The notes under the pieces: model-generated
Databases searched by the model: none
Told to the model about the DNA's origin: nothing
Seen by the model: only the letters and a program-made list of their open reading frames with translations
IMG/VR virus record: IMGVR_UViG_3300042879_005846
Length of the DNA: 64,000 nucleotides
Reading direction: 5' to 3' (one strand)
Source: an uncultured virus (IMG/VR IMGVR_UViG_3300042879_005846)
Lineage: Duplodnaviria; Heunggongvirae; Uroviricota; Caudoviricetes
Translations under genes and position numbers: made by a program
Shown: one piece after another, positions 42,585 to 51,979 of the stretch
How the letters are laid out: every line of letters begins with the position of its first letter
Numbering within the stretch: the first letter of the stretch is position 1

Positions 42585-42803
42585 TTATTGCCCACAATTA
42601 CACCTGGTGTGTACATATCCTGATAGTCTAAAAACACCTGTGGTTGATTTGTCTTTTATAAGTAGTTCATTTTTACCTAAGATTTCTTGCTGAAATATTT
42701 CAAAATTTGGATGTACTATTAATTCTCTCACTATCCTTTGTTTTCTTGGGTTTGATAAATTCTCTATAAAACTTTCTACTTTAATTATGGTCTCGTAGTC
42801 CAT
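42585..42803 (-). CDS. Hypothetical protein
   Basis: 72-aa ORF with AATATATA immediately upstream. Confidence 0.55.
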   Translation of the reverse strand: MDYETIIKVESFIENLSNPRKQRIVRELIVHPNFEIFQQEILGKNELLIKDKSTTGVFRLSGYVHTRCNCGQ

Positions 42804-42866
42804 GTTATATATTAAATTAAATTTTAATTTGTTTATAAAAAAATTTTAGTTTATATTTGTAATACT

Positions 42867-43118
42867 ATGAGAACACTACTTAATTTTATTATTCTACTCT
42901 TAATTTTTGGAATTGTTGTTTTTTTTCCAATCTTTTTTTCACTTGCCTTGGTTAGTATGTTGATTGTTCCAACAACTTGGGTTTATGCACAACTTACTGG
43001 ACAAAGTTATAATTTTGTAATTGACCAATCAGATATGCTTTATAAACTTAATATTTTTGGACAATGGGCTCTTGTTATTGGTGGTTCTTTGCTTTTATTA
43101 AGTTTATTGTATATCTAA
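42867..43118 (+). CDS. Small membrane protein
   Basis: Hydrophobic 83-aa ORF; TATATTTG at 42852-42859. Confidence 0.65.
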   Translation: MRTLLNFIILLLIFGIVVFFPIFFSLALVSMLIVPTTWVYAQLTGQSYNFVIDQSDMLYKLNIFGQWALVIGGSLLLLSLLYI

Positions 43119-43121
43119 AAG

Positions 43122-43150
43122 AAATGTCCACCAAATCTTGGTGGACATTT
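43122..43150. terminator. Hairpin / probable bidirectional terminator
   Basis: aaatgtccacca-aatct-tggtggacattt between convergent ORFs. Confidence 0.7.
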
Positions 43151-43174
43151 CAATATACACTGACCCAGTGGTTT

Positions 43175-43324
43175 TTATCTCCTACCACCTTGTCCTTTAT
43201 ACTTCTTCTGATAATTTTTAGAACCCTTATTGTGTGTCTTACTTTTTACGTGTCTACCCAATTTTTTAGGATTCCTTTTCTTGAAAAGAATTGATGTTGA
43301 TGATTTTGTAGATTTTGCTGCCAT
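43175..43324 (-). CDS. 49-aa very basic protein (not in the ORF track)
   Basis: MAAKSTKSSTSILFKKRNPKKLGRHVKSKTHNKGSKNYQKKYKGQGGRR; AATATATA upstream and a hairpin downstream. Confidence 0.7.
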   Translation of the reverse strand: MAAKSTKSSTSILFKKRNPKKLGRHVKSKTHNKGSKNYQKKYKGQGGRR

Positions 43325-43394
43325 TTTTGAGTTATATATTTCTTTAAAAAAACAACTATTTGACTTATTTTTTTATAAAAATAAAATTTAAATT

Positions 43395-43652
43395 TTGTTT
43401 TCTTGTAGTAATTTCCCAATCATAGAATTGGGATTTGTTCAGACAGATGAAAATTTGTGGGTCAAGTTTACTGATGATTCAATTTCAGTACCACACCTTG
43501 TTGTAAGTACTACTATTAACCCAGTATCTCACACTTTTATTCTTAAAAATCTTTTGATGAGTGAAACAATATCTACCAATTCCTATGAAAAATTAGTGGA
43601 AATTGTTACCTCTACTGTAAGAGAATATAAATTAAAAAAATTAATAGATTAG
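43395..43652 (+). CDS. Hypothetical protein
   Basis: 85-aa ORF; ends REYKLKKLID. Confidence 0.55.
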   Translation: MFSCSNFPIIELGFVQTDENLWVKFTDDSISVPHLVVSTTINPVSHTFILKNLLMSETISTNSYEKLVEIVTSTVREYKLKKLID

Positions 43653-43688
43653 TTAAACTTTACATAACTCATAAATATAAAACACACT

Positions 43689-43847
43689 ATGAAAACTTTA
43701 AAAAAAGGAGGAAATTATGCCCGTGTAACTGATAAAGAAGCGGATGAAAAGGTTAAATATGGATGGGATTTTTGCCCAAAACACGAATGGAAAACTAATG
43801 TTCGTGACTTTGGAAAAAAGACCAAAAGGGAAAAGGAAGAGGCATAA
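43689..43847 (+). CDS. 52-aa hypothetical protein (not in the ORF track)
   Basis: MKTLKKGGNYARVTDKEADEKVKYGWDFCPKHEWKTNVRDFGKKTKREKEEA. Confidence 0.65.
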   Translation: MKTLKKGGNYARVTDKEADEKVKYGWDFCPKHEWKTNVRDFGKKTKREKEEA

Positions 43848-43859
43848 TAATTAAGGACT

Positions 43860-44243
43860 TCAAATGAAGTCCTTAAATTTTTTGACAGAATTGGATTCAT
43901 CAATACCACTTTCAATACTCCTCCAATATTGTTGGATAAAATCTATCAAATCATCATAATAATCCTCTGTAAATAAGTTAAATTCCCCTATATTTGACCT
44001 AATATCAATATCAGGTCTCATAGGACCTTCCTTCATACTGAAAATATAAATCATTCTATTTGTATTACCAACCTGTATATCCTCAATTGTAGGTGGTCCA
44101 AAGTGATCTTTATCTTTATCTTCACTCCAAGTGATTTTATACCTTTCAATAAAATCTTTATGTAGATTATTGGTCATAACCCCATAAGCACTACCTACTT
44201 CATCTACATCAACAATAAAGAACTTCTTTAAATCAAAACTCAT
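43860..44243 (-). CDS. Hypothetical protein
   Basis: 127-aa ORF; ends VKKFKDFI. Confidence 0.65.
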   Translation of the reverse strand: MSFDLKKFFIVDVDEVGSAYGVMTNNLHKDFIERYKITWSEDKDKDHFGPPTIEDIQVGNTNRMIYIFSMKEGPMRPDIDIRSNIGEFNLFTEDYYDDLIDFIQQYWRSIESGIDESNSVKKFKDFI

Positions 44244-44254
44244 AAGAATATATA

Positions 44255-44605
44255 TTAAATAAGCTTTATATAATTGTTAAAGTTGTCTTTTAAACCCTCA
44301 AGTTTAAAACCCATTTTTCTATACATAGAGTTAGCAACTTGATTATCTTGCTCTGTGTTAAGTTCTAACATCTTAATACTTTTTGATTTACAAACATTTA
44401 TAGCTTTTTCAACAAGTTTTTTACCATATCCTTTACCTCTATGACTATCTAAAACCTCTACTGAGTAAATGGATGCGTTAGAACCATTGTAAACTAATAT
44501 TAAACTACCAACTTGCTTATCATTCTCACTCAAATATATTAATTCAGAGTTTAGTGGCATTACATTCACGTCCACTTTACTCAAAATATCTGTCATTTTT
44601 TTCAT
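44255..44605 (-). CDS. GNAT-family acetyltransferase
   Basis: V...HRGKGYGKKLV and N..A..MYRKMGF. Confidence 0.9.
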   Translation of the reverse strand: MKKMTDILSKVDVNVMPLNSELIYLSENDKQVGSLILVYNGSNASIYSVEVLDSHRGKGYGKKLVEKAINVCKSKSIKMLELNTEQDNQVANSMYRKMGFKLEGLKDNFNNYIKLI

Positions 44606-44655
44606 ATTTTATTAATTTCTTATTTGAATATATATTTAAAAAAAGAATTATTAAT

Positions 44656-45249
44656 ATGTATACAAGAGAAAAAATTGAAGCAGCTGTCAAATCCAAAGGG
44701 TATGTCTGGTTTGATGATGCAAATAACAAAGGTTATGATGTTAATATCGTAGGTGTCAGAAATTCATCAGTTGGTGATAAAGTTACTAATGTTTTTGATG
44801 ATACTTTAACAGTTTCTTATAAAAAAGATGGTCAATGGGTTTTTGAGTCTTGGGAAGCTACAACAGATCCAGGTAAAAAAGGTGTTATGGAATTTCACAA
44901 TGCTGCAGGTGTTGCTAGATTAGTACCAGGACAGTATAGAAGGTCACACACAATTGGCTTACACCAAGGAAAATATGAAGCACTGAAACAAGCAAATAAT
45001 GTTAAAGTTTATAGAGATGCAAATAAAAATATGACATTTGATACTAATAAAATAACTGAGGGTGTTTATGGTATTAATATTCACAAAGCTGGCGCTAATT
45101 CAACTTATGTTGAAAACTGGTCAGAAGGATGTCAAGTTTTTAAGAAAGAAGCTGACTTCAATGAATTTATGAACATATGTAAACAAGCTAGAAAAATTCA
45201 TGGTGAATTTTTCACTTATACGTTGATTGAATCAAAAGATATTAAATAA
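44656..45249 (+). CDS. Putative peptidoglycan-active enzyme (YkuD/L,D-transpeptidase-like catalytic motif)
   Basis: GINIHKAG.......WSEGCQV (H-x14-S-x-G-C type motif); start at ATG 44656. Confidence 0.65.
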   Translation: MYTREKIEAAVKSKGYVWFDDANNKGYDVNIVGVRNSSVGDKVTNVFDDTLTVSYKKDGQWVFESWEATTDPGKKGVMEFHNAAGVARLVPGQYRRSHTIGLHQGKYEALKQANNVKVYRDANKNMTFDTNKITEGVYGINIHKAGANSTYVENWSEGCQVFKKEADFNEFMNICKQARKIHGEFFTYTLIESKDIK

Positions 45250-45276
45250 AAAAAGGGGGTTTCGAACCCCCTTTTT
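45248..45276. terminator. Bidirectional intrinsic terminator
   Basis: aaaaagggggtt-tcg-aacccccttttt. Confidence 0.85.
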
Positions 45277-45278
45277 AA

Positions 45279-45749
45279 TTACAAAATACCAAATAATTTT
45301 TTTAACCAACACCTCTTATATGGTTTATCTGATTGAAAACTAAAGTTGAAGTGTATTTTCCCATCAGCAAAAACCAAATCACTTGTAAGTGTTTGACTAA
45401 CATATGTTGTAGTCTCTATATTGTAACAAGACTTTTTGAATTTACTTCTGATTTTTTTAGGAATTTTATTGTAACCCTTTACCAAGTCATCAACAATTGT
45501 TTCAATCATTGAACTATCAACTACAGTATTATAGTGTGTATCAAAAACCTCATTCACTGAGTTATATGGCATCTCATAAGTATAGAAATCATATTCTAAA
45601 TTAAGTGCGCTATTCACTTTATCACAACAATCAAGTTTTTTAGAAGAATCAATTCTACTATAAAACTCATTTGCAATTTTGTCTTGCCAAGTTTGACCTA
45701 TTGAACTAAAGGATAGAATCAAGAATAGTACTGTTAGGATCTTTTTCAT
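45279..45749 (-). CDS. Secreted hypothetical protein
   Basis: Signal peptide MKKILTVLFLILSFSSIG-Q, with a Gln at +1 as is common in Bacteroidota. Confidence 0.7.
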   Translation of the reverse strand: MKKILTVLFLILSFSSIGQTWQDKIANEFYSRIDSSKKLDCCDKVNSALNLEYDFYTYEMPYNSVNEVFDTHYNTVVDSSMIETIVDDLVKGYNKIPKKIRSKFKKSCYNIETTTYVSQTLTSDLVFADGKIHFNFSFQSDKPYKRCWLKKLFGIL

Positions 45750-45787
45750 AATACAAATATAAGTTAAAGGTGGAAAAGTTCAAAATA

Positions 45788-46303
45788 TTATTTTAAAAAA
45801 TTTGAAACTTCATAATAACCATAAAAATTTAAATAATTATTTATCGCATTTATGAAATTTTCAGGTTTATTTTGCTTTTTGCCATTCAAAATACCTATCC
45901 AATATTGTAAAAACTTCTTTAAATTTTTTTTATCAACTAAACCAGTCTTTGATAGCACCAAAAGCTCTGTCATTCCTGTGAAATAATCATCAAATATCTC
46001 TCTAATATAAATTTCAGTTTTGTCAAATGATGTTTTTTGAGCATGTGTTTTCAAAGCCTCTATTAACATCTCATCATCAACTTTAGTTGAGACACCATCA
46101 ATATCAATCTTTATTGAATTCCAATCTAAAAGTTTCTGTACTTGTTGTATTGACAAAGAACTATTAAATTTTTCAATTCTTTCAAGTAAAAATTTATTTT
46201 TTTGAAACAATCTATTCTGAGAATATTCCCAAATCCATTTTATACTAGCACCCAAACCAGCTATTAGAACAAAGTTTTCCTCAAGCCAATTTAAGATATT
46301 CAT
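45788..46303 (-). CDS. Hypothetical protein with N-terminal TM segment
   Basis: 171-aa ORF. Confidence 0.65.
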   Translation of the reverse strand: MNILNWLEENFVLIAGLGASIKWIWEYSQNRLFQKNKFLLERIEKFNSSLSIQQVQKLLDWNSIKIDIDGVSTKVDDEMLIEALKTHAQKTSFDKTEIYIREIFDDYFTGMTELLVLSKTGLVDKKNLKKFLQYWIGILNGKKQNKPENFINAINNYLNFYGYYEVSNFLK

Positions 46304-46896
46304 ATTTTTTTGAAATTTTCAAATTTTATTATTCTACTCTCTTGTTTACTCAAGAATTCTTTTTCCTCATCAGATAAAGAATCATAACCAGAGGCATTTA
46401 TTTTGTCTAAAATATCATCTAAACTCATTTTAGGTTCCTTAGAATAAGTTTTTTGTCTTAATTGTTCTATATCATCATCATCATCTTCAGAATATGTTAA
46501 TTCTTCAGACTCCTCAGGTTTTTCATAAGGCCAATTTGGATCATCTTCAGCAAATTCAAAATCATCTTCTTCATCTTCCCCATAATCAATACCCATCTTA
46601 GCAACAATTATAGCTAAATCATTTCTCACTTTATGCATCATTTTGAAATCAAACCAATCAGTATTATCCTCTAAATACTGTAAAAACTTAACAAATTCTT
46701 CTGACAATTCACCCTTTTCATCCTCAGCAAACATATTTTGCATTTCCTCTGGTGAAAGTTGTTCTTTATTTTGTACTTCCCAATCTTCAATAAATCTCTC
46801 AAATTGTTCATGTAAATCATCTACTTGATTTTCTTCAAGTTCATATTTAGCAATTGGTAAGTCTTCAAAATTTTCAAATTTCTTTAAATGTTTCAT
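46300..46896 (-). CDS. Very acidic protein, MKHLKKFENF N-terminus
   Basis: 198 aa; LDDILDKINASGYDSLSDEEKEFL near the C-terminus, which ends RIIKFENFKKI. Confidence 0.7.
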   Translation of the reverse strand: MKHLKKFENFEDLPIAKYELEENQVDDLHEQFERFIEDWEVQNKEQLSPEEMQNMFAEDEKGELSEEFVKFLQYLEDNTDWFDFKMMHKVRNDLAIIVAKMGIDYGEDEEDDFEFAEDDPNWPYEKPEESEELTYSEDDDDDIEQLRQKTYSKEPKMSLDDILDKINASGYDSLSDEEKEFLSKQESRIIKFENFKKI

Positions 46897-48572
46897 AGTT
46901 TTTGAATGAATTTTATGAATGAGTCAAAGTTTCTGAGTATTCCATCAATATCATCTTCTGATACTCGACTTAGCATTCTCCTACATCTTTCTTGATCATC
47001 ACTTTCTAAGTAATAGTTTACATCACTAGCTGATTTTGCTTTAGCAAAAAGTGGGTTATCTCTATACTCAAATCTAATGGATCTGATTTTGTTATAAAGA
47101 ACAATCAAATCTTCAATGGTTTCTACTTTAGCATTAGATATTTTTTCACAAATGACTCTATTGACTTCAATAAATTTCTTTACTAAATCAGTATGTTTTG
47201 GAGTATCAGCATTTTGTATAATATAATCAAGGTTAGCTGCAATATTTGCGCTGTAACTTTTATTACCACTCATGACTGATTTTATAAGTGATGAAACCCT
47301 TTCAAGATGATACTCTTTATTATCATCTGATGATTCCATAAAGTCTGTCAATCTTACTAAAAAGTTTCGCATTTCATCAAATCTTAGTCCTTGAAGGATG
47401 TAATAACCAGCTTTATCCATACCAAGAATTCTTGTGAACATTCTCTTTAGGTTGGATACATTTTCATCAACTTGGATATTTGATGCCATTTTGTTGATAT
47501 ACCTATCATAGTTTTGAGCTCTTATTTCATCTGGTATTTGTAAAGCCAATGCTCCTTCTCTTGAGGTTTCTCTCTTTTGTTTTGTTACTTCAACATCTTG
47601 AATCTGACCACTAGCCATAATTTCTTTCATTCTAACATAATCCAAAACTAAAGCAAAATGAGCGTCTTTCAATTTATCTTTCATATTATTAGAGCTCATT
47701 GGGTTCATATTTCTTAAATTAACATTTGCATTCCAAGTATATGGGTTGACTTCTTCTGGTTTGTCACCACTTTTGGGTTTAATTGCTTTTATTACATTAA
47801 AGTCACCCCTTGAGCTGATAATCCAAGAATATTTACCAAATTGTCTCCATTCTTTTGACTCAGGATAGGAGGATGTATCAGAGGAATTTCCACTATATTG
47901 GTCTTGTATCATATATGTCCTGCTATTGGTTGTGAATTCCCCTTCAGAAGTACATGGCCAAATCCAAAGTGTAGCTTTGACTTCATCATATGGGTCTTGT
48001 GGAGCAGCAAATATAAACTGATTACCAGTCTTATAATTCTCCAAATCTCTATAATTAGTTATATTAGCAACAACATCATAATCACCACTAATTTGACTAC
48101 CACCATGTTGTTTTCTAATTTGACCATCAGTTATAGTTGCAGTAACATATTTACCATCTTTATCAAACCAAAACTTAATCCATTTTATTGGGAAATTTGT
48201 TTTTGGTTTGATACCAGTTCCTTTACAAACTGGACATTCAACACGCCTTCTACCTCTACCCCAAGTTCTTAGGATAGTTCCTTGAAACTCATCACCAGTT
48301 GGTCCAGAACATTTTTCGCCTGGTATAGAATCAGATTCGTTTTCACAAGGCTGGTCTTCAATAGTAGCTGTTAAATATAAACCCTTTTTGAATGATAAGT
48401 ATTGAAATAGGTCATCAGATAATTTGGACATTGGGAAATCCAATTTCCTACATACATCCATTAAAATATTTTTAAACTGGCCCCTCTGTGATTTATTTAC
48501 GTAGTTAAAAACTTTAGATAAAGTTTCTGACTCGAAAGCTTCAAATAATTTTAAAAATTTCATATTTTTCAT
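46893..48572 (-). CDS. Hypothetical protein with DnaJ-type CxxCxGxG zinc knuckle
   Basis: 559 aa; ECPVCKGTG; N-terminus MKFLKLFEAFES. Confidence 0.7.
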   Translation of the reverse strand: MKNMKFLKLFEAFESETLSKVFNYVNKSQRGQFKNILMDVCRKLDFPMSKLSDDLFQYLSFKKGLYLTATIEDQPCENESDSIPGEKCSGPTGDEFQGTILRTWGRGRRRVECPVCKGTGIKPKTNFPIKWIKFWFDKDGKYVTATITDGQIRKQHGGSQISGDYDVVANITNYRDLENYKTGNQFIFAAPQDPYDEVKATLWIWPCTSEGEFTTNSRTYMIQDQYSGNSSDTSSYPESKEWRQFGKYSWIISSRGDFNVIKAIKPKSGDKPEEVNPYTWNANVNLRNMNPMSSNNMKDKLKDAHFALVLDYVRMKEIMASGQIQDVEVTKQKRETSREGALALQIPDEIRAQNYDRYINKMASNIQVDENVSNLKRMFTRILGMDKAGYYILQGLRFDEMRNFLVRLTDFMESSDDNKEYHLERVSSLIKSVMSGNKSYSANIAANLDYIIQNADTPKHTDLVKKFIEVNRVICEKISNAKVETIEDLIVLYNKIRSIRFEYRDNPLFAKAKSASDVNYYLESDDQERCRRMLSRVSEDDIDGILRNFDSFIKFIQKL

Positions 48573-50233
48573 ATTACAGGTCCTACTATTTCAATTTTTA
48601 TACCCATGCTTTTGAGTTTATTTATGAATAGTTTATTCTCTTTCTTTGATAGCAAATCACCAGAAATAACTAATTTCTTAATACTGAGTGGTGAAACAGT
48701 GTCAATAAACTCATCCTCATCACAAGTGTATATTAAGTGCAACTCTTTTAAGTTTTTCAGTTCAGAAATATTTAAATTGGATATATCACAAGATATCAAT
48801 TGTAATTTTTCCAAATTATCCTTGAAAGTATCTAAAATACTACCAGAAAACTTACATTTATCAAAAGCAATTGAATTGGTCTTCATATTTTTGAAATCTG
48901 ACAAATCATTTATACTCAAAAATTTGAACTTTATCCAATCAGGTGACATTGGAATGTCCAAAAGTCCATCTGGTAGAGCGATAGATTGAATAATTATTTC
49001 TTTTAATTTGGATTTTGGAGAAACTTTTACCTTAGTCCAATCAATATTTGGTGTCAAAGTAATACTTTTTGTATTAACACCAATGTATCTTTTAGTGTCA
49101 ATACCCAATCTATCCATATAAGGTGTGTCAATATTACCAGCAGCATCCTCAGGTAAGTCTGGTGTGAAATAATATGTATCACCTCTTCCACCAGTTGAAC
49201 TCATTTGAGTATATCTTTCAATGATCTGATCCATAACATCTTTACATCTGTCAGGATAACATCTATCAAAGTAAATCTTACTTTTATCACTATCAAATTC
49301 TTCTAAATTTCTAATCATCATCCTACAAAGTGGAAGTTGGTCTGAAATCTTTTCACCTTTCCACACAATAGGAGTGTTAAAAACAATAAAAGCAGGAACT
49401 GTATTTGGATCGAAAACATTTCCTATTACCTTCTGTCTGTACATCCCAGTATATAAATGTTGACATGATGAATAATACTTTGAAATAGACATATTCAAAA
49501 TATCTTTTGGATTGTGCTTTATGTAAAGATACATATCCTTTGAAAATGGATTGTAATCAACTTCATAAGAACCCTGACTGAAATCTTCAGCAGCTAAATT
49601 TAAAACACTCCTCACATAACCACTAGAAAACATATCAACATCAACTTTTTCACTTGGAAAACAATCATTATAATCTTGAACAAATGTATTTATGTTTACT
49701 AAATTTTTTGAATAAATAATCTCACCTTCTTCCTTTGCTCTTTTTACTATTTTATTATTTTCATCCTTTAAAGGAACACCCCTTTCATCTCTTACAATAA
49801 CTTCAGTGGCTTTTGTCTCACCAACAGAAATTTTTCTAAAAATTGGTTGTGAAAGATTGCATATGGCATCAATAGCTGGGAATTGAATATTGAAATCTTC
49901 AAAAATCGCTTTGAACTTTTCTAGTTGATTAGTAATCAAATCAAATTTTAATGATTCATTGAGAGCTTTTGCGAATTGGTCAGGTAATTTTTCAAATTCC
50001 TTATACATAGCCCTAACATCTGTATCAAAAAAAGCAGAGAAGATATCCATTTTATCTTCAGTGCTCAATTTCCAAACACCTTGTTGGATTTTATCAGTTG
50101 GTTCTATTTCTTCATATTCAAGATATTCAGAACCCCACTTATCTTCAACCGCTTTTGCTTGTCTTGGAAGTATCACATCCTTAATTTTAGCTTCTTCTGA
50201 CAAAAATTTACTTCTCTTTGATAAAAATTTCAT
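48569..50233 (-). CDS. Hypothetical protein with LRR-like C-terminus
   Basis: 554 aa; LEKLQLISC...LKNLKELHL. Confidence 0.65.
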   Translation of the reverse strand: MKFLSKRSKFLSEEAKIKDVILPRQAKAVEDKWGSEYLEYEEIEPTDKIQQGVWKLSTEDKMDIFSAFFDTDVRAMYKEFEKLPDQFAKALNESLKFDLITNQLEKFKAIFEDFNIQFPAIDAICNLSQPIFRKISVGETKATEVIVRDERGVPLKDENNKIVKRAKEEGEIIYSKNLVNINTFVQDYNDCFPSEKVDVDMFSSGYVRSVLNLAAEDFSQGSYEVDYNPFSKDMYLYIKHNPKDILNMSISKYYSSCQHLYTGMYRQKVIGNVFDPNTVPAFIVFNTPIVWKGEKISDQLPLCRMMIRNLEEFDSDKSKIYFDRCYPDRCKDVMDQIIERYTQMSSTGGRGDTYYFTPDLPEDAAGNIDTPYMDRLGIDTKRYIGVNTKSITLTPNIDWTKVKVSPKSKLKEIIIQSIALPDGLLDIPMSPDWIKFKFLSINDLSDFKNMKTNSIAFDKCKFSGSILDTFKDNLEKLQLISCDISNLNISELKNLKELHLIYTCDEDEFIDTVSPLSIKKLVISGDLLSKKENKLFINKLKSMGIKIEIVGPVI

Positions 50234-50280
50234 ATCTTCTATATATAATTTGCTCTATTATATATTAATGGTATTAAATG

Positions 50281-50302
50281 AAAAATCCCCTTTCGGGGAT
50301 TT
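50281..50302 (-). terminator. Intrinsic terminator
   Basis: aaaaatcccc-tttc-ggggattt (GAAA loop and U-tract on the minus strand). Confidence 0.75.
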
Positions 50303-50304
50303 AT

Positions 50305-50646
50305 TCATTTTTCTTCGTCTTTGATTTTATCTCTTAACTCCGCTGCTTTTTCATAATCTTCAGCATCCACTGCCTGTTTTAACTGTCTTTTTAATCTACC
50401 AACATCAACCCTCTTTTTGATTTCAGTTGATAATCTTTCCATTCTGCAACCACCATCTTTTGATATCCAAGTTTCCTTTTTAATAATATGAGACCTTGTT
50501 TCAGAAATCTCCATAGTTTTAGACCAATTTGGATCATCATCTTTAGGAAAATCCATTGAAGAACCATTACTCTGAGTGAACATATCACCACCAAGAAGAA
50601 GTGCAAATAAATCTTTCATGTTTTGATTATTATTTTTTTTATCCAT
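50305..50646 (-). CDS. UVR (UvrB/UvrC) domain protein
   Basis: LKRQLKQAVDAEDYEKAAELRDKIK. Confidence 0.85.
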   Translation of the reverse strand: MDKKNNNQNMKDLFALLLGGDMFTQSNGSSMDFPKDDDPNWSKTMEISETRSHIIKKETWISKDGGCRMERLSTEIKKRVDVGRLKRQLKQAVDAEDYEKAAELRDKIKDEEK

Positions 50647-50786
50647 ATTTCAAACACTATACCATTTTTTATAAAATGTCATTTTGACATATTTAGTATT
50701 TTTGATATCACAAAGGTAATACTATGTATAATAAAAGTCAAGTCCTAATCAAAAAAATTAATATATAACTAAAATAGTATAATTTT

Positions 50787-51131
50787 ATGTTGAAATTCAC
50801 AGATATCTTACATGAATCATCTGCTTCAGAGGAAGTTCAAAAAAACTTGGCGTCAATAAACCAATTATTAGGTAATCCAGATTCTTCTACATTCAAAATA
50901 AATGAAGGAGAGGGTTATGTTTTTAGATGGAGATCTGATTTCTTTTTAGATGAATATAATGGTATTAGAGAAATAAATAAATTATCAGAAGTGTTCAATT
51001 CTGTAAAGAAATTACAAGAGTCTCAGATCATATTAGATAAGTTTGATATGGATTTCAAAATTGAAGATAAGTTATACATTAGATTTACACCAAAGTCAAT
51101 AAATCCAGATTCAGAAGAAGATGATTATTAG
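50787..51131 (+). CDS. Hypothetical protein
   Basis: 114-aa ORF; N-terminus MLKFTDILHES. Confidence 0.65.
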   Translation: MLKFTDILHESSASEEVQKNLASINQLLGNPDSSTFKINEGEGYVFRWRSDFFLDEYNGIREINKLSEVFNSVKKLQESQIILDKFDMDFKIEDKLYIRFTPKSINPDSEEDDY

Positions 51132-51930
51132 GAAATTAGGTGGTTTTAAACCAAATATAGTATTATTTCAAGGTTCACCAAGAAGTGAAAATTCTTGTTC
51201 TGACCAAAAAAGCAAATCTGAAAAGGTTTGTGAATACCTACTTGATAAATGGTCGCCTTTTGTGAATTTTGAATATGTAAATCTTAGTGTTGGACCAGTT
51301 AAAATCCAACCTTGCAAGGGTTGTGTATCAACATCAAATGGAATGCACTGTCACTGGTCTTGTTCATGCTATAAGAAAGGATCTGATAAAGCACCTGACC
51401 TTATGTATGAAGAAGATATTTATAATAAGTTACAAAATTGTAATGCATTTTTAGTTGTTAGTCCTATTCATTGGTACTCAGTATCCACACAAGTAAAAGC
51501 TATGTTTGATAGATTAGTTTGTGCTAACCAAACCCTGACACAAGAACAAGCAATCCAATTCTTGGGAGAGGGAAACATTAAAAAGGCTGAACTCACTGGA
51601 CAAGCTGAACTAGAAGGTAGTTACAAAAATTTACTTAAAAATCATTTAGAAGGAAAATGGGCGGCTTTTTTGGTCCATGGTGACGATGGTGCAAATGATT
51701 ACAATGGAAACCAACCACACACAGGTGACCTTTCTTGGGATGTTAGGAATTCAGTTATGCCATTAGTCTATCAGTGTAGATATTCTGGTATAAATTGTCC
51801 AGATGATTTAGTTGAAGCATTTTACATTAATAAAGGTTTAGATTATTTTGAAGCTAATATGCAAAGAAACCAAGAACTATTTGATAAAGGTGACTATTTG
51901 ATGGATAAATTACTTAATCACATTTCATAA
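51121..51930 (+). CDS. Flavodoxin-like NAD(P)H-dependent FMN reductase / iron-sulfur flavoprotein family
   Basis: QGSPR, IQPCKGCVS....CHWSCSCY and VSPIHWYSVSTQVKAMFDRLVC. Confidence 0.85.
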   Translation: MIIRKLGGFKPNIVLFQGSPRSENSCSDQKSKSEKVCEYLLDKWSPFVNFEYVNLSVGPVKIQPCKGCVSTSNGMHCHWSCSCYKKGSDKAPDLMYEEDIYNKLQNCNAFLVVSPIHWYSVSTQVKAMFDRLVCANQTLTQEQAIQFLGEGNIKKAELTGQAELEGSYKNLLKNHLEGKWAAFLVHGDDGANDYNGNQPHTGDLSWDVRNSVMPLVYQCRYSGINCPDDLVEAFYINKGLDYFEANMQRNQELFDKGDYLMDKLLNHIS

Positions 51931-51962
51931 AAAAAACCCCACCTTAAAGGTGGGGTTTTTTT
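51929..51962. terminator. Bidirectional intrinsic terminator
   Basis: aaaaaaaaccccacct-taa-aggtggggttttttt. Confidence 0.9.
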
Positions 51963-51979
51963 ATTAGACTATATGAGTT

